The notes under the pieces: generated by a model
Told to the model about the DNA's origin: nothing
What the model saw: the letters and a program-made list of their open reading frames with translations, nothing else
The model's database searches: none
Shown: positions 12,933 through 25,573 of the stretch, piece after piece
Layout: the number at the start of each line of letters is the position of its first letter
Position numbering within the stretch: position 1 is the stretch's first letter
Made by a program: the position numbers and the translations under genes
Assembly (NCBI GenBank): GCA_002269645.1
Contig: NIVC01001156.1
Span: 176,918-240,917, forward strand
DNA length: 64,000 nucleotides
Direction of reading: 5' to 3'
DNA from: Macrostomum lignano
Taxonomy: Eukaryota

Positions 12933-15900
12933 TCATTTGTTTTCACCAATGCTGAGCATTCTGTCCCTCTCCAGCTTCTCCCGCTCCATCGTGTCGCGGT
13001 CCCTGGCCAGCTCCAGCCGCTTGCCCTCCAGCCGCAGGTAGGCCTCCTCCCGCTCCGCCGTCAGCTGTGGAAAAACGGGTCAACTGTTAAATACGCACTC
13101 AAACTACTTATTCGATAAGTAGCTTGTACGAATTTTTCTGCATTTTGTAAAAAAAATACAAAAAGTGGCAACTCACCGAGTCCAGCCGGGACTGGTGCCG
13201 CAGCAGCTCCTCCTCCAGCTGGCGGGCCTCTCGGTTGCTGGCCGCCAGCCGCTGCAGCGACTCGCTGGCGCCACGGCCGCGGGCTCGGCGGAGCTGCGCG
13301 GCCAGCCGCCGGACCTGCTGCTCCTCGTCCTGCCGACTGGCCTCCGTGGATCGAACTCGCTGGTACAGAGACGCCTCCTCGTCCTCCAGCTTGGACACTA
13401 CTCGCTGATTTGGGGAAAGCAACATTTCGATACATATCGGTGAGATTCACAGCTACTTTCGATACATATCGGTGAGATTCACAGCTACTTTCGAAATATA
13501 TCGGTGAGATTGACAGCTACTTTCGATACATATCGGTGAGATTGACAGCTACTTTCGATACATATCGCTGAGATTGACAGCTACTTTCGATACATATCGG
13601 TGAGATTGACAGCTACTTTCGATACATATCGGTGAGATTGACAGCTACTTTCGATGCATATCGCTGAGAGTCATAGAGCTACTTTCGATACATATCGGTG
13701 AGATTCAAAGAGCTACTTTCGATACATATCGGGAAAAAGACCAAACGTCAGCTACGCACCTGGAAGTGTCGCAGCGCCTCGTCGTGATCCGCCCGCTGCG
13801 CCGCCGCTGCCCGCTGCTGCGCCCGTTCCGCGTACGTCGCCTCGCTCTCATCGGCCCGCTCGCGTCGCTCCGACATCTGCTCCTCAGTCTGCTGTCGGCG
13901 TCGGTCGCGCGCCTCATCGACGCGCTGTTCAACTCGCACCCGTCGCCTGTCCGTGTCGGCCAGCTGGAGCTCCTTGTCCAGCAGGCGCTGCCGCCGAGTC
14001 TCCATGTTGAGCGCGGTGCGCGTGTCGATGAGCGCTCGATCGTCTTGGCGCTTCTTGGCGTCGAGTCGCTCGTTGCGATTGGCGAGCTCGGCGGAGAGCC
14101 GGCGCTGCCGCATCACCGACGCCTTCTGGTCGTCGGAGCCGTGACTGGAAGCGGCGAGGTTGGTTTGGAGCATCGAAAGGGCGTTTAAAAGGGCGTAAAT
14201 TAGGTGTTTATGAGGCGCCGATTTGGGTGTTTGTGAGGCGCCGATTTAGGTGTTTATGAAGCGCCGATTCGGGTGTTTAGGAGGCGCCGATTTGGGTTTT
14301 TATGAGGCGCCGATTTGGATGTTTATGAGGCGCTGATTTGGGTATTTATAAGGCGCCGATTTGGGTGTTCATGAGGCGCCGATTTGGGTGTTTATGAGGC
14401 GCTGATTTAGGTGTTTATGAGGCGCCGATTTGAGTGTTTATGAGGCGCCGATTTAGGTGTTTATGAGGCACCGATTTGGGTGTTTCTGAGGCGCCATTTT
14501 GGTGTGTTTTTGAGGCGCCGATTTGGGTGTTTGTGAGGCGCCGATTTGGGTGTTTATGAGGCGCCGATTTGGGTGTTTATGAGGCGCCGATTTGGGTGTT
14601 TAGAAGGCGCCGATTTAGGTGTTAATGAGGCGCCGATTTGGGTGTTTATGAGGCGCCGATTTGAGTGTTTATGAGGCGCCGATTTAGGTGTTTATGAGGC
14701 GCCGATTTGGGTGTTTATGAGGCGCCGATTTGGGTGTTTATGAGGCGCCGATTTGGGTGTTCATGAGGCGCCGATTTGGGTGTTTATGAGGCGCCGATTT
14801 GGGTGTTTATGAGGCGCCGATTTGGGTGTTCATGAGGCGCCGATTTGGGTGTTTATGAGGCACCGATTTGGGTGTTTATGAGGCGCCGATTTGGGTGTTT
14901 TTGATATTCCATAAGGAGGCCAGCAATATTTCCTGTGTCGCAGATGTTTGTGAATAAACAAGTTAAAAAGTGGCACTTGTCGAGAGAATCTCTTTAAACT
15001 GTAATAAGAAAGTTTGAGAAAATCTGAGAGCCGATAGCGGAGCGGAAATTGCTTTTTTGACAGCTCTGCTAGAAGAGACTTTCTCGCAAAGCTCTGGGAC
15101 TGGGCCTGCTCTCAGACCAAAAGTAGCAAGTTGTTTGAGCTGGACTCAAGCGCAACCTCTCCGCTTGGGGTGGCGTTGGAGGCAGTTGAAATGCGATTGC
15201 AAACTGCACTGCTTTGAAATTTGAGTTCATTTTTCAGCTATGTAAAAAGTTGGGCATGGGATTCTTGCGCTCTCTCCATCTCCTCTCCCACATCTCCCTC
15301 ATCTCCTCTCTCACCTCTCCCTCATCTCCTCTCTCACCTCTCACTTATCTTCTCTCTCACCTCTCCCTCATCTCCTCTCTCACCTCTCACTTATCTTCTC
15401 TTTCACCTCTCCGTCATCTCCTCTCTCACCTCCCCTTCATCTCCTCTCTTACCTCTCCTTCATCTCCTCTCTCACCTCCCCTTCATCTCCTCTCTTACCT
15501 CTCCTTCATCTCCTCTCTCACTTCTGCCTTATCTCCTATCTCACCTCTGCCTCATCTCCTCTTATTTCTCTCTCATCTCCTCTTACCTCTCTCTCATCTC
15601 CTCCTACCTCTCCCTCATCTACTCTTACCTCTCCCTCATCTCCTATCTCACCTTTCTCTCATCTCCTCTCTCACCCCTTCTGCCTTATCTGCTCTTACCT
15701 CTCCCTCATCTCCTCTTATCTCTCCCTCATCTCCTCTTACCTCTCTCATCTCCTCCTACCTCTCCCTCATCTCCTCTTACCTCTCCCTCATCTCCTCTCT
15801 CACCTCTCCCTCATCTCCTCTCTCACCTCTCCCTCATCTCCTCTCTCACCTCTCCCTCATCTCTTCTCACCTCACCTGTCGTTGTATCCGTTCCCATTTT

Positions 15901-18900
15901 TAGCCTTCAAGTAGATTTTATATTCTGCAGCCACTCACTTCAGCTGCTCTTCGACGCTCGTCTCCTCCTCGCGGTCCTGGCGCACTTTCTCCTTCTCGCC
16001 CAGCTGTCTCTGCCGCAGCTGCTGCAGGCTGAGCTCCCGGCCCTTGATAGCTTCCATGCCCAGGTCGTCTCCGAGCTCTCTGAGCTCCCGCAGCAGAGCC
16101 TCCTCCTGCTCACGTTTCAACCGCAACCGCTTCTCGTAGTCGGCCATCAGGCGGTCCACCTCCAGCCGCTTCAGCTGCAGCGAGTCGAGCTTGGCGCGGT
16201 ACTGGCGGGACAGGCTGAGGCTGCGGAGGTTTTGGGTGAAGCGGGGGGTCGGATCGCTAATTATGACACCTTGGATAAAGGTGAGCCAGACGGGAGGGAG
16301 GTGTTTGGGGGGGGTCGGATCGCTAATTATAACACCTTGGATAAAGGTGAGACAGACGTAATGTGTTTGGGGGGTGGATCGCTAATTATAACACCTTGGA
16401 TAAAGGTGAGCCAGACGGGATGTGTTTGGGGGGGGGGTGGATCGCTAATTATGACACCTTGGATAAAGGTGAGCCAGACGGGATGTGTTTGGGGGGGGGG
16501 TGGATCGCTAATTATAACACCTTGGATAAAGGTGAGCCAGACGGGATGTGTTTGGGGGGTGGATCGCTAATTATAACACCTTGGATAAAGGTGAGCCAGA
16601 CGGGATGTGTTTGGGGGGGTTGATCGCTAATTATAACACCTTGGATAAAGGTGAGCCAGACGGGATGTGTTTGGGGGGTGGATCGCTAATTATAACACCT
16701 TGGATAAAGGTGAGCCAGACGGGATGTGTTTGGGGGGGGTTGATCGCTAATTATAACACCTTGGATAAAGGTGAGCCAGACGGGATGTGTTTGGGGGGGG
16801 GGGTGGATCGCTAATTATAACACCTTGGATAAAGGTGAGCCAGACGGGATGTGTTTGGGGGGGGTCGGATCGCTAATTATGACACCTTGGACAAAGGTGA
16901 GCCAGACGGGAGGGAGGTGTTGGGGGGTGGATCGCTAATTATAACACCTTGGACAAAGGTGAGCCAGACGGGAGGGAGGTGTTGGGGGGGGGTTGATCGC
17001 TAATTATAACACCTTGGACAAAGGTGAGACAGACGGGATGGGTTTGGTGGGTGGATCGCTAATTATAACACCTTGGATAAAGGTGAGCCAGACGGGATGG
17101 GGGTGTTTGGGGGGGGGTCGGATCGCTAATTATAACACCTTGGATAAAGGTGAGCCAGACGGGAGGGAGGTGTTTGGGGGGGTCGGATCGCTAATTATAA
17201 CACCTTGGATAAAGGTGAGCCAGACGGGAGGGAGGTGTTGGGGGGGGGTCGGATCGCTAATTATAACACCTTGGATAAAGGTGAGCCAGACGGGGTGTTT
17301 GGGGGGGATCGCTAATTAATTATGGTTAGAGCAATACATTTTTATTGTAAGATTTTAAGAAAATGACCCGCGCTCACCTCTTGTTCATGACTTTCCTGCC
17401 CGAGTTCAAGTCCTCCTCCCTCTGTTGCAGTGCCTCCTGCATGCGCTGGTGCACCAGCTGGAGTTTTGAGAGAGAGGGTGTGATGGATGCTGTCAAAGTG
17501 TGCATTTGTGGCTACAGGAGTCCAAAGTCTTTCAAAAGCTGAAGTGAAATCTGTATTTTCTCACCGTGGTCAATTTGTGCTGATGGTCCCGCTTGATCTC
17601 GGTGTACCTCTCCATGCCCCTGTTCAGTCGCTGGTTCTCCGTCTGCTGCTGCCGGTCATTCTCTTAAGTAAGGGTTGGATTGATGAGGCTCGGTGAGCTG
17701 GAGGTATATTAAGTAGAAAGCACAATGTGGTAAGTTCATAAATAGTTCATTGCAGCCTGCCAAAGGATCAAGTGAGGTCAAGAGTCAAGCAACGGTCCAT
17801 TAAAGGGTCAAATGAGGTCAAGGGTCAAGCAACGGTCCATCAAAGGGTCAAGTGAGGTCAACAGTCAAGCAACAGTCCATCAAAGGGTCATATGAGGTCA
17901 ATAGTCAAGCAACGGTCCATCAAAGGGTCAAGTGAGGTCAACAGTCAAGCAACAGTCCATCAAAGGGTCATATGAGGTCAATAGTCAAGCAACGGTCCAT
18001 TAAAGTGTCAAATGAGGTCAAGGGTCAAGCAACGGTCCATCAAAGGGTCATATGAGGTCAAGAGTCAAGCAACGGTCCATTAAAGGGTCAAATGAGGTCA
18101 AGGGTCAAGCAACGGTCCATCAAAGGGTCAAGTGAGGTCAACAGTCAAGCAACAGTCCATCAAAGGGTCATATGAGGTCAATAGTCAAGCAACGGTCCAT
18201 TAAAGTGTCAAATGAGGTCAAGGGTCAAGCAACGGTCCATCAAAGGGTCAAGTGAGGTCAACAGTCAAGCAACAGTCCATCAAAGGGTCATATGAGGTCA
18301 ATAGTCAAGCAACGGTCCATTAAAGTGTCAAATGAGGTCAAGGGTCAAGCAACGGTCCATCAAAGGGTCATATGAGGTCAATAGTCAAGCAACGGTCCAT
18401 TAAAGTGTCAAATGAGGTCAAGGGTCAAGCAACGGTCCATCAAAGGGTCATATGAGGTCAAGAGTCAAGCAACGGTCCATTAAAGTGTCAAATGAGGTCA
18501 AGGGTCAAGCAACGGTCCATCAAAGGGTCATATGAGGTCAAGAGTCAAGCAACGGTCCATCAAAAGGTCATATGAGGTCAATAGTCAAGCAACGGACATT
18601 AAAGGGTCATATGAGGTCAAGGGGTCAAGCGGCTGCACACCAAGGGACTAAGAGAGGTCAAGGGGGTCAAAGGACGCATCAACAGTTCTCAGTGCCGAAC
18701 CTCTAGCGAACTCCCGCCTGGCAACGCGAATCTCTCGCTGATCTTTCAAAATGTCGCCCTCCCGTCGCTTGGCAACCCGCTCGGTCTGCTTGGACTGGCC
18801 GATCTGCTCCTGCGGATTGCCCGGGCATTCGAAATCGCTTCATGAATCGATTTTCCGGTTTTAATACGACAAGAAAGCATGCAAACTATAGCTATTCAGT

Positions 18901-20644
18901 TAAACAAATTTTGTGCCAAATTTGAGAAATTTGTGCTCGAGTATAATTTTTGATCTTGTGAACTGGTGAATCGCAGACATGACATAAAATGAAATCTATA
19001 AGATCTGGGCTATCAGTCAGAAGCAATTTAGAAGTGACAAAATAATCCAATTATCAATTGTAATTTTGCACAACAGTTTTTACACATTTAATTAGCCAAG
19101 CGTACATGTTGTACCTGCAAAGTATTGTCGGTTACACCTGGAAAATGTGTTCGAAGTGGTTGCTACATGCAGGAGGGTTGGCTTAGAGTTCCCTGGGTTT
19201 GTGGTGTGGGCTGTGTGGACTGGGGTGTAGGATTGAAGTGGGAGGTAGGGTGTGGGATAGGGTGTGGGATTGAAGTGAGAGGTAGGGTGTGGGATCAGGT
19301 GTAGGATTGAAGTGAGAGGTAGGGTGTGGGATCAGGTGTGGGATTGAAGTGGGAGGTAGGGTGTGGGATCAGGTGTAGGATTGAAGTGGGAGGTAGGTGT
19401 GGGATCAGGTGTGGGATTGAAGTGAGAGGTAGGGTGTGGGATCAGGTGTGGGATTGAAGTGGGAGGTAGGGTGTGGGATCAGGTGTAGGATTGAAGTGGG
19501 AGGTAGGTGTGGGATCAGGTGTGGGATTGAAGTGAGAGGTAGGGTGTGGGATCAGGTGTGGGATTGAAGTGGGAGGTAGGGTGTGGGATCAGGTGTAGGA
19601 TTGAAGTGGGAGGTAGGGTGTGGGATCAGGTGTGGGATTGAAGTGGGAGGTAGGGTGTGGGATCAGGTGTGGGATTGAAGTGGGAGGTAGGGTGTGGGAT
19701 AGGGTGTGGATCGGGTGTGGGAGGTAGGGTGTGGGATAGGGTGTGGATCGGGTGTGGGAGGTAGGGTGTGGGATCAGGTGTGGGATTGAAGTGGGAGATG
19801 GGGTGTGGGATCGGGTGTGAGATGCCAAGTCCTGCAGGCCCCTCGCCCACCTCAGTCCTCTTCAGCTTGGCCCGGTATTCTCGCTCAAACCGCTGCCGGT
19901 TGATTGACAGGTCGATCAGCTTCGCCTGGGCGCTGCCGCTGCTGCTGCCAGCGCCGCCGCTTTTGGATTTCGGCGCCGTTTTGGCGCCTCCGCCGCCGGC
20001 ATCCTGATGAGCGCCGCTATCGGCGCCACCCTGACGGTGATCTACGCTGAAGTTGGGCGAGTGCAGCTGGTACTGGTACACCAGCTTCTGGCTGTCCAGG
20101 TACCCGTCCGGACAGCACATTCGCTCTTTTGAACTGTTCGAATTTCGATTTGGAGTGAGAAGGGAAGGTCAGGTAGTGCTATTAATTAGTTATTTATAGT
20201 AGTAGTGAGAGGTGAGTAATTACTGCAAATATGGAGAGCCATAATTTCAGGATAATTTCGTCGGAAGCTCTGAGCACTGGAGAGTTTGCATGTATAATTT
20301 TAATGATGAGGATTTTAGTTTGACCAAGTGAAACAGGAGAAGGCTGTCTAATTGCACTCTAGAGCCTTGAGCACAGCTGGATGAGGGAGTAAAAAAGCTT
20401 CTGCGTGACGAGTCAGAGACACTTTGACAAGGCGCTGAAAGAATAGACAAACAGACAAAGAAAATCTGCTTCTTTAAAGTTCGTAAGAAATCACTCACTG
20501 TAGGAAGTCGGCATAATCAAGCACGTCATCGTCGTTGAGACCTTTGCGCAGAGTGTAGATCAGGTGGTACTTGCTGGTGTGGTGCGGCGGCGGCAGCGCC
20601 AGCTGTCTGCTGGAGTCTCGGGAGCTGCGCTCCGTCTCAGCCAT
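12933..20644 (-). CDS. Uncharacterised ~580-aa protein: short globular N-terminus plus long E/K/R/Q-rich coiled coil; 9 exons: 20644-20499, 20133-19851, 18809-18701, 17662-17565, 17457-17378, 16220-15939, 14144-13760, 13404-13177, 13064-12933
   Basis: All eight introns are GT-AG with consistent phases (2,0,1,0,2,2,0,0), giving a 1743-nt open frame: MAETERSS...LDYADFLHSKERMCCPDGYLDSQK...ERDRMLSIGENK*. Exons are GC3-rich. Family not recognised. Confidence 0.8.
13425..13730. repeat. 32 bp intronic minisatellite (CTACTTTCGATACATATCGGTGAGATTGACAG)
   Basis: Fills intron 7 of the coiled-coil gene. Confidence 0.93.
14200..14900. repeat. 23 bp intronic minisatellite (GAGGCGCCGATTTGGGTGTTTAT)
   Basis: Direct inspection. 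Confidence 0.95.
15270..15875. repeat. TC-rich low-complexity intronic repeat
   Basis: CTCTCCCTCATCTCCTCTCTCAC-type units. Confidence 0.9.
16245..17315. repeat. ~60 bp intronic minisatellite (GGATCGCTAATTATAACACCTTGGATAAAGGTGAGCCAGACGGG...G-run)
   Basis: Direct inspection; unit length varies in the G-run. Confidence 0.95.
17760..18650. repeat. 40 bp intronic minisatellite (GTCAAGCAACGGTCCATCAAAGGGTCATATGAGGTCAATA)
   Basis: Direct inspection. Confidence 0.95.
19205..19820. repeat. ~37 bp G-rich intronic minisatellite
   Basis: GGTGTGGGATTGAAGTGGGAGGTAGGGTGTGGGATCA units. Confidence 0.93.
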
Positions 20645-20694
20645 GGCTGCAATGCAGTGATCGGATGTCGGGGTCTGCGTGATATAACTAAGAG

Positions 20695-21130
20695 TGGGGT
20701 GGCTGTGCGGAGTGGGGTGGCGGGATCTGATTGGAGTGGCTGTGCGGAGTTGGGAGGCGGGGTCTGATTGGAGTGGCTGTGCGGAGTGGGGTGGCGGGAT
20801 CTGATTGGAGTGGCTGTGCGGAGTGGGGTGGCGGGATCTGATTGGAGTGGCTGTGCGGAGTTGGGAGGCGGGGTCTGATTGGAGTGGCTGTGCGGAGTTG
20901 GGAGGCGGGGTCTGATTGGAGTGGCTGTGCGGAGTGGGGTGGCGGGGTCTGATTGGAGTGGCTGTGCGGAGTGGGGTGGCGGGGTCTGATTGGAGTGGCT
21001 GTGCGGAGTGGGGTAGCGGGGTCTGATTGGAGTGGCTGTGCGGAGTGGGGTGGCGGGATCTGATTGGAGTGGCTGTGCGGAGTGGGGAGGCGGGGTCTGA
21101 TTGGAGTGGCTGTGCGGAGTGGGGTGGCTG
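20695..21130. repeat. 37 bp minisatellite just upstream of the coiled-coil start codon
   Basis: GGAGTGGGGTGGCGGGGTCTGATTGGAGTGGCTGTGC units. Confidence 0.93.
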
Positions 21131-22294
21131 TCCAATGCGAGTGTAAGCAACATTTCCAGTCGTCTAATTCAATTCTAAACACACGCTCGTACACAGTAAA
21201 AAAGGAGATTAAAACTCGTCCTTTTAATTAGGCAACGAATAAGAAAACTCCTAGGGCTAGAAATTGAAGGCTTGGCGGAGCGGAAAGAAACGAAAAAGGC
21301 GCTGATTCTTTTACTCCACTAATTAGCGAATGCTGAGCCCGGAAGTTCACACAGAGAAGATTTCTTTTTAATCAGAAAAAGTAATGATTTATCAAGGGAT
21401 TTATTACAGAATCGAATGCTTGCTGAGTGAGAGCTGTGACTTTCAAAAAGGAATTCTAGCTGCTGTCCGACCAACTGCCAGCGTGTGAAAACTGAACGAG
21501 AGACTGAGTAGACACTTTCCGAATCCGAAATTAAAATTTTTCAAAACCAAACAGCCAAAAACCAAAGGAGGCAAAACACAATGCAGTGTCTGACAAGTCA
21601 TAACCTTCAAACAATGGACTGCCTGCCAGAATGCCAAAATTTGATTCCTACTCTTCGTTTGAGAAGTTAAAATTAAAACAAAAAAGGAATGCAGACGCCG
21701 CGGAACACAAAGCCCGCCCCGGGATTCTGGCAATCAAGCATCCATCTGGGCAGCTGCATCAGATCAAAACCAAACAGCAATAGCGACTCGGCCTGTGCCC
21801 CACGGAGGATAAATGTCCCGCATCGCTGGAATCTGGAAGGACCGATCGCAGATGTCAGAGATGGAAAGCTGAGCTGCAGGGATGGTTGGCTGTTTTAAAA
21901 AATCAATTGTGCTTTTTTTACCAAAGAGAATTGAAAGGAACAAAAAAGAGCTTTTTCGCTATAACTATGATCACCAAAGGACTTCTAAGAAAGAGTCTAA
22001 AAGGTGCGCCTTCACGGCTTTAGTGGGCTCTAAGGCTAAGAAAAAAACAAATTGAAAAAGGTTCAAAAGTTTGATAAAAAAAGCGAAAAGAAGAAATCAA
22101 TAAATAAAACTACACGTTTGAACAGATTTTTTGTATTTATCTGCGTTAAAAATCATTTTGTTATAATAGTTGCAGATTAAACTTTGAGGCAATTCTTAGT
22201 ATTTGGTATTTTTAGTGCCAATATTAAAAGAAAAACTCATGGTGGGATTTGATAACGAAAAGCTTTTAAATCGAAGGGTCTTGATCAACAAACA

Positions 22295-22466
22295 TGACGT
22301 CATAGCTTAGAGATGACGTCATAGCTTAAAGATGACGTCATTATTGAAAAAAAGATGAAAAGACTCGCTATCACACGAACAGAGTAAAAATAACTCAAAT
22401 TGACAATCAAGTATTTAGTTATACGGATTTCAATGATCCTGACGTCACTGATAAAAGATGACGTCA
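22295..22466. promoter_or_regulatory. Cluster of five TGACGTCA (CRE-type) palindromes
   Basis: TGACGTCA at 22295, 22314, 22333, 22440 and 22459 (19-bp spacing within each group). Function unproven. Confidence 0.35.
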
Positions 22467-23277
22467 TCGACAAAAGTACGTCTTGTCAGAGCAGCCGCTG
22501 AATTGCATTTTGCTGCTGCTGTTGTTGGTAAAGATATTAATAGTTTTAGGCTTATGATGGGGGCTCAAACTTAAGACTATGGTCAATTGAATTTATACAG
22601 AAATACGGTTGCAACGGTTTCACAAATATTTATAGCTCAATAAAAAGAAGCTAAACTTGAAGAAAAAGTTAACAAACAAGTAATAACACAAGCTAGTGGA
22701 AACAGATTTCTAATTCTAAAGCATTTGTAAGAGTTAGCAAGAAATCTTTGCAGACAGTGGAAAATTATTGTTGAATTAATTAAAATTATTGAAGCCTTAA
22801 CGCGACACTCTACTAATAGACGTATAAAAGCGAAAATAGCAAGCGGAATGTGTTTTTTAGCAAGAAAATTCTACTGGGTTAACATTAAGACAGTTTTTGG
22901 CCCGACAGACAAACTCGGATTGTAAAAGAAAGCATCGAAGCGGTGCCGTCTCCAAGATCAGGAATCGAAAAGTGTCAAAAGACACGGCCTGCCAAATTCA
23001 GACACATCAGGACGGAGTTTGTTTACTAGCTGAAAGTAAAAAAACATTCACACAATCGATTGAGACTACTTACTAAAGTAGCAAGAACCGCTGGAGGAAG
23101 AGTATGTGATAAGACGGACAGGCCAAGCAAGCGGCAGACAAAAACAATTAGCCAAAGAGTTGCAGAATTTGTGACAAGAACAGGAAAAATAGAATTGCTC
23201 GCGTACGTGCATTTTAATATGGGCATAGCAACCGCATAGTAACGGGGGGTGCTCCTGTATCCAAGGTAGACTTTTCC

Positions 23278-23291
23278 GTTGCTATGGAAAT
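23278..23291 (+). promoter_or_regulatory. RFX X-box-like motif GTTGCTATGGAAAT
   Basis: Near match to the X-box consensus GTTGCYATGGMAAC. A second half-site, CATAGCAAC, lies at ~23224. Confidence 0.25.
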
Positions 23292-23936
23292 ATTTTATTG
23301 GCAGAACAATAAACTTTCAAATTATGACAAAATAGAAGCATTTTACTAACCATACTACTGACCCATTGGGAGAAAATAGTTATGAATTATAACAAAATTT
23401 TAGTTTTTTTTTCAAACAAAAAATGGTCAACCCACAGATTGCAAATGTCTTTGAAAATTTGAGGAAGCTGGTTTTACCGGAAATATACATTATGGAGATA
23501 GTAAGTTTTCATTTTTTCAGCACAAATATTGTTATTGATTTTGACATGAGACAGACTCAATCTTCATCTTTTGATATGTTCTTATCTTATAGCTCTATTG
23601 ATATTCATCAAGCTTTTAGTTTAGAAAATTAGGATTTTACTTTTTGGTGAAACCTACATTAGAAGGTAATACATTAATGTTAAGGGTTACACTACTATTC
23701 ATATTTCCGGTAAATGTTGCCTCCTAAAATTTTGCAAGAAACCCTACACCATTCAAGTAAGTCTTGGCAACCAAAAAGCTTGCAAGAGTTTGTTATTCTC
23801 AAGTAAAATTTTGAATAGTCTTTCAGAAAACGCGCTCACAATTTTTTAAAGATTTGGACAGGTAACAAAATTCTAAAATAACACCTGATAAATTGAGTCT
23901 AGCCTTCCATCTACGGCAGTCCCGGGTTCGAATCGC

Positions 23937-25573
23937 TCAGCTGATTGTCACCCGCTTGCAGCCGCACTGCACGCAGAACTTGGCGGTGCCAGTCGGGAAC
24001 TTGTTGCCGCACTCGTGACAGAAGTTCGACATTCCACCGTTGCCACCGCCGCTGCCACCGCGGGCTGCCGCTGGCGCCCTGCCGTAGCCGGCGCTGCCGT
24101 TCGATGGGGCGCCGCCGCCGCCTCCACCACCGCCGGCGCCATAGCCGTAGCGCGCTGGCCCGGTGGCTGCGGCGCCGGCACCGCCGTAGCGCGCAGCGCC
24201 TCCGGCGCCACCGCCGCCGCCTCCGCCGTACCTAGCCGGGCCGCCCGAGCTGCGGCCGCCTGCGTTGCCGGAGTTGCCGCGGCTCTCCGCCGCCAACTCC
24301 CTGGCGTCCATGTAGTCCTGGCGATTCGGGGATGGGGCGGTCTGCTGCACATGTAGTTTATGGCACCCAGTTACTGTAGCACCTGTAGTTTATGGCACTT
24401 AATTACTGTAGCACCTGTAGTTTATGCCACCAAGTTACTGTAGCACCTGTAGTTTATGGCACCCAGTTACTGCAGCACCTGTAGTTTATGGCACCCAGCT
24501 ACTGCAGCACCTGTAGTTTATGGCACCCAGATACTGCAGCACCTGTAGTTTATGGCACCCAGCTACTGCAGCACCCGTAGCAAAAGCCAACAAGAACAGA
24601 GATTGGCAGCAAAGGAGCCCCCCCCCCCACCTTCACAGTTTTGCCTGTTCGCAGCGGGGCACCGCCGCTCGGTACTCGCCCGCCGCCGGCGCCCGTCGAA
24701 GCTCCGGCGGCCACTTTCGGCTTGGGTGGCTGGTACTGCGTCCTGATGGCCATCTTCTGGTGGGCGTCACTTGTGTTGTACTGGTTGGTCTTGGTTGCCA
24801 TGCTGCCGCCGCGCGCTGCTGCGCCGCCTCCGCCGCGACTTGCTGCACCGCCTCCGCCGCCGCCTCCCGGCCCGCTGATTCGGGCATTTTTCTCCCGACA
24901 GAACGGGATGTGCCTATCGGCGGCTTTCTCGTTGAACCGGCGGCCGCAGTAGTTGCAGAGGATCAGCGACGGGTCGATGGTGGGCGGCGGCGGCGGCGGC
25001 AGGGGGCCGCCGGTCTCGGCCGCGTGCTGGTACTGCTTGGCGGCCCGGATGTTCCGGATGAAGTCCTCGTGTCGTTGGCGCCAGTTGTGCTTCCGTTCGG
25101 CCGCGGCCTGCGGGTTGTTCGTGAGATTCACAGCCGTGAAGGTTAAACCCCCAAGGCACACAGAATGTACCTGCCTGACGATTAGAAAGTCGGGGCCGCT
25201 GTACACCCTGTGTGAGCGTGTGTACACTATTGGCGCGCTGGCGTCAGGGTGTCACCAATTCTGTTTAGTCCGCAAGTTCCAGAGCGAAGTTTTTGGCTCC
25301 CTGAGGACCCCCTGCATCAAATCGAGTACCCTGCAGTTTTACCTGAACTTTGGCAGGATCGCGCGGGGGCGGCTGGTTGACTTTGATGATCTTGGTGATC
25401 GGCACGTCCGAGCCGGTGGCCCGCTGCTTGCCGGACTCGAACACGCGGCGCTTTTTCTGAGCCGCTTTCTTGCAGATTGGCGAGTGCTTCATCAGCACGT
25501 CGGGACGGAAGGTCCGGCCGCAGGTGGAGCAGGACTGCAGGTCCGCGCTGTCGCTGTACTCTGGGATGCTCAT
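23937..25573 (-). CDS. ZC2HC1A: Zinc finger C2HC domain-containing protein 1A (FAM164A); exons ~25573-25343, 25107-24631, ~24344-23937
   Basis: Two C2HC fingers (CSTCGRTF...KHSPIC; CNYCGRRFNEKAADRHIPFC), KKRRVFESGKQR, NWRQRHEDFI..IRAAK...PPPPPP motif, and a C-terminal FCHECG..F...AKFCVQCGCKR ribbon. The exact exon 3 acceptor is uncertain. Confidence 0.9.
24350..24575. repeat. 32 bp minisatellite in ZC2HC1A intron 2
   Basis: GTAGTTTATGGCACCCAGTTACTGTAGCACCT units abutting the exon 3 acceptor. Confidence 0.92.

Noticed and set aside
22900-23220. Weak resemblance to a DNA-transposase C-terminus (TKTISQRVAEFVTRTGKIELLAYV)
   Set aside because: No catalytic motifs; too degenerate to support.
23918-23936. 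GGGTTCGAATC B-box/T-loop-like motif (tRNA?)
   Set aside because: No cloverleaf or A-box; it lies in the ZC2HC1A 3' flank.
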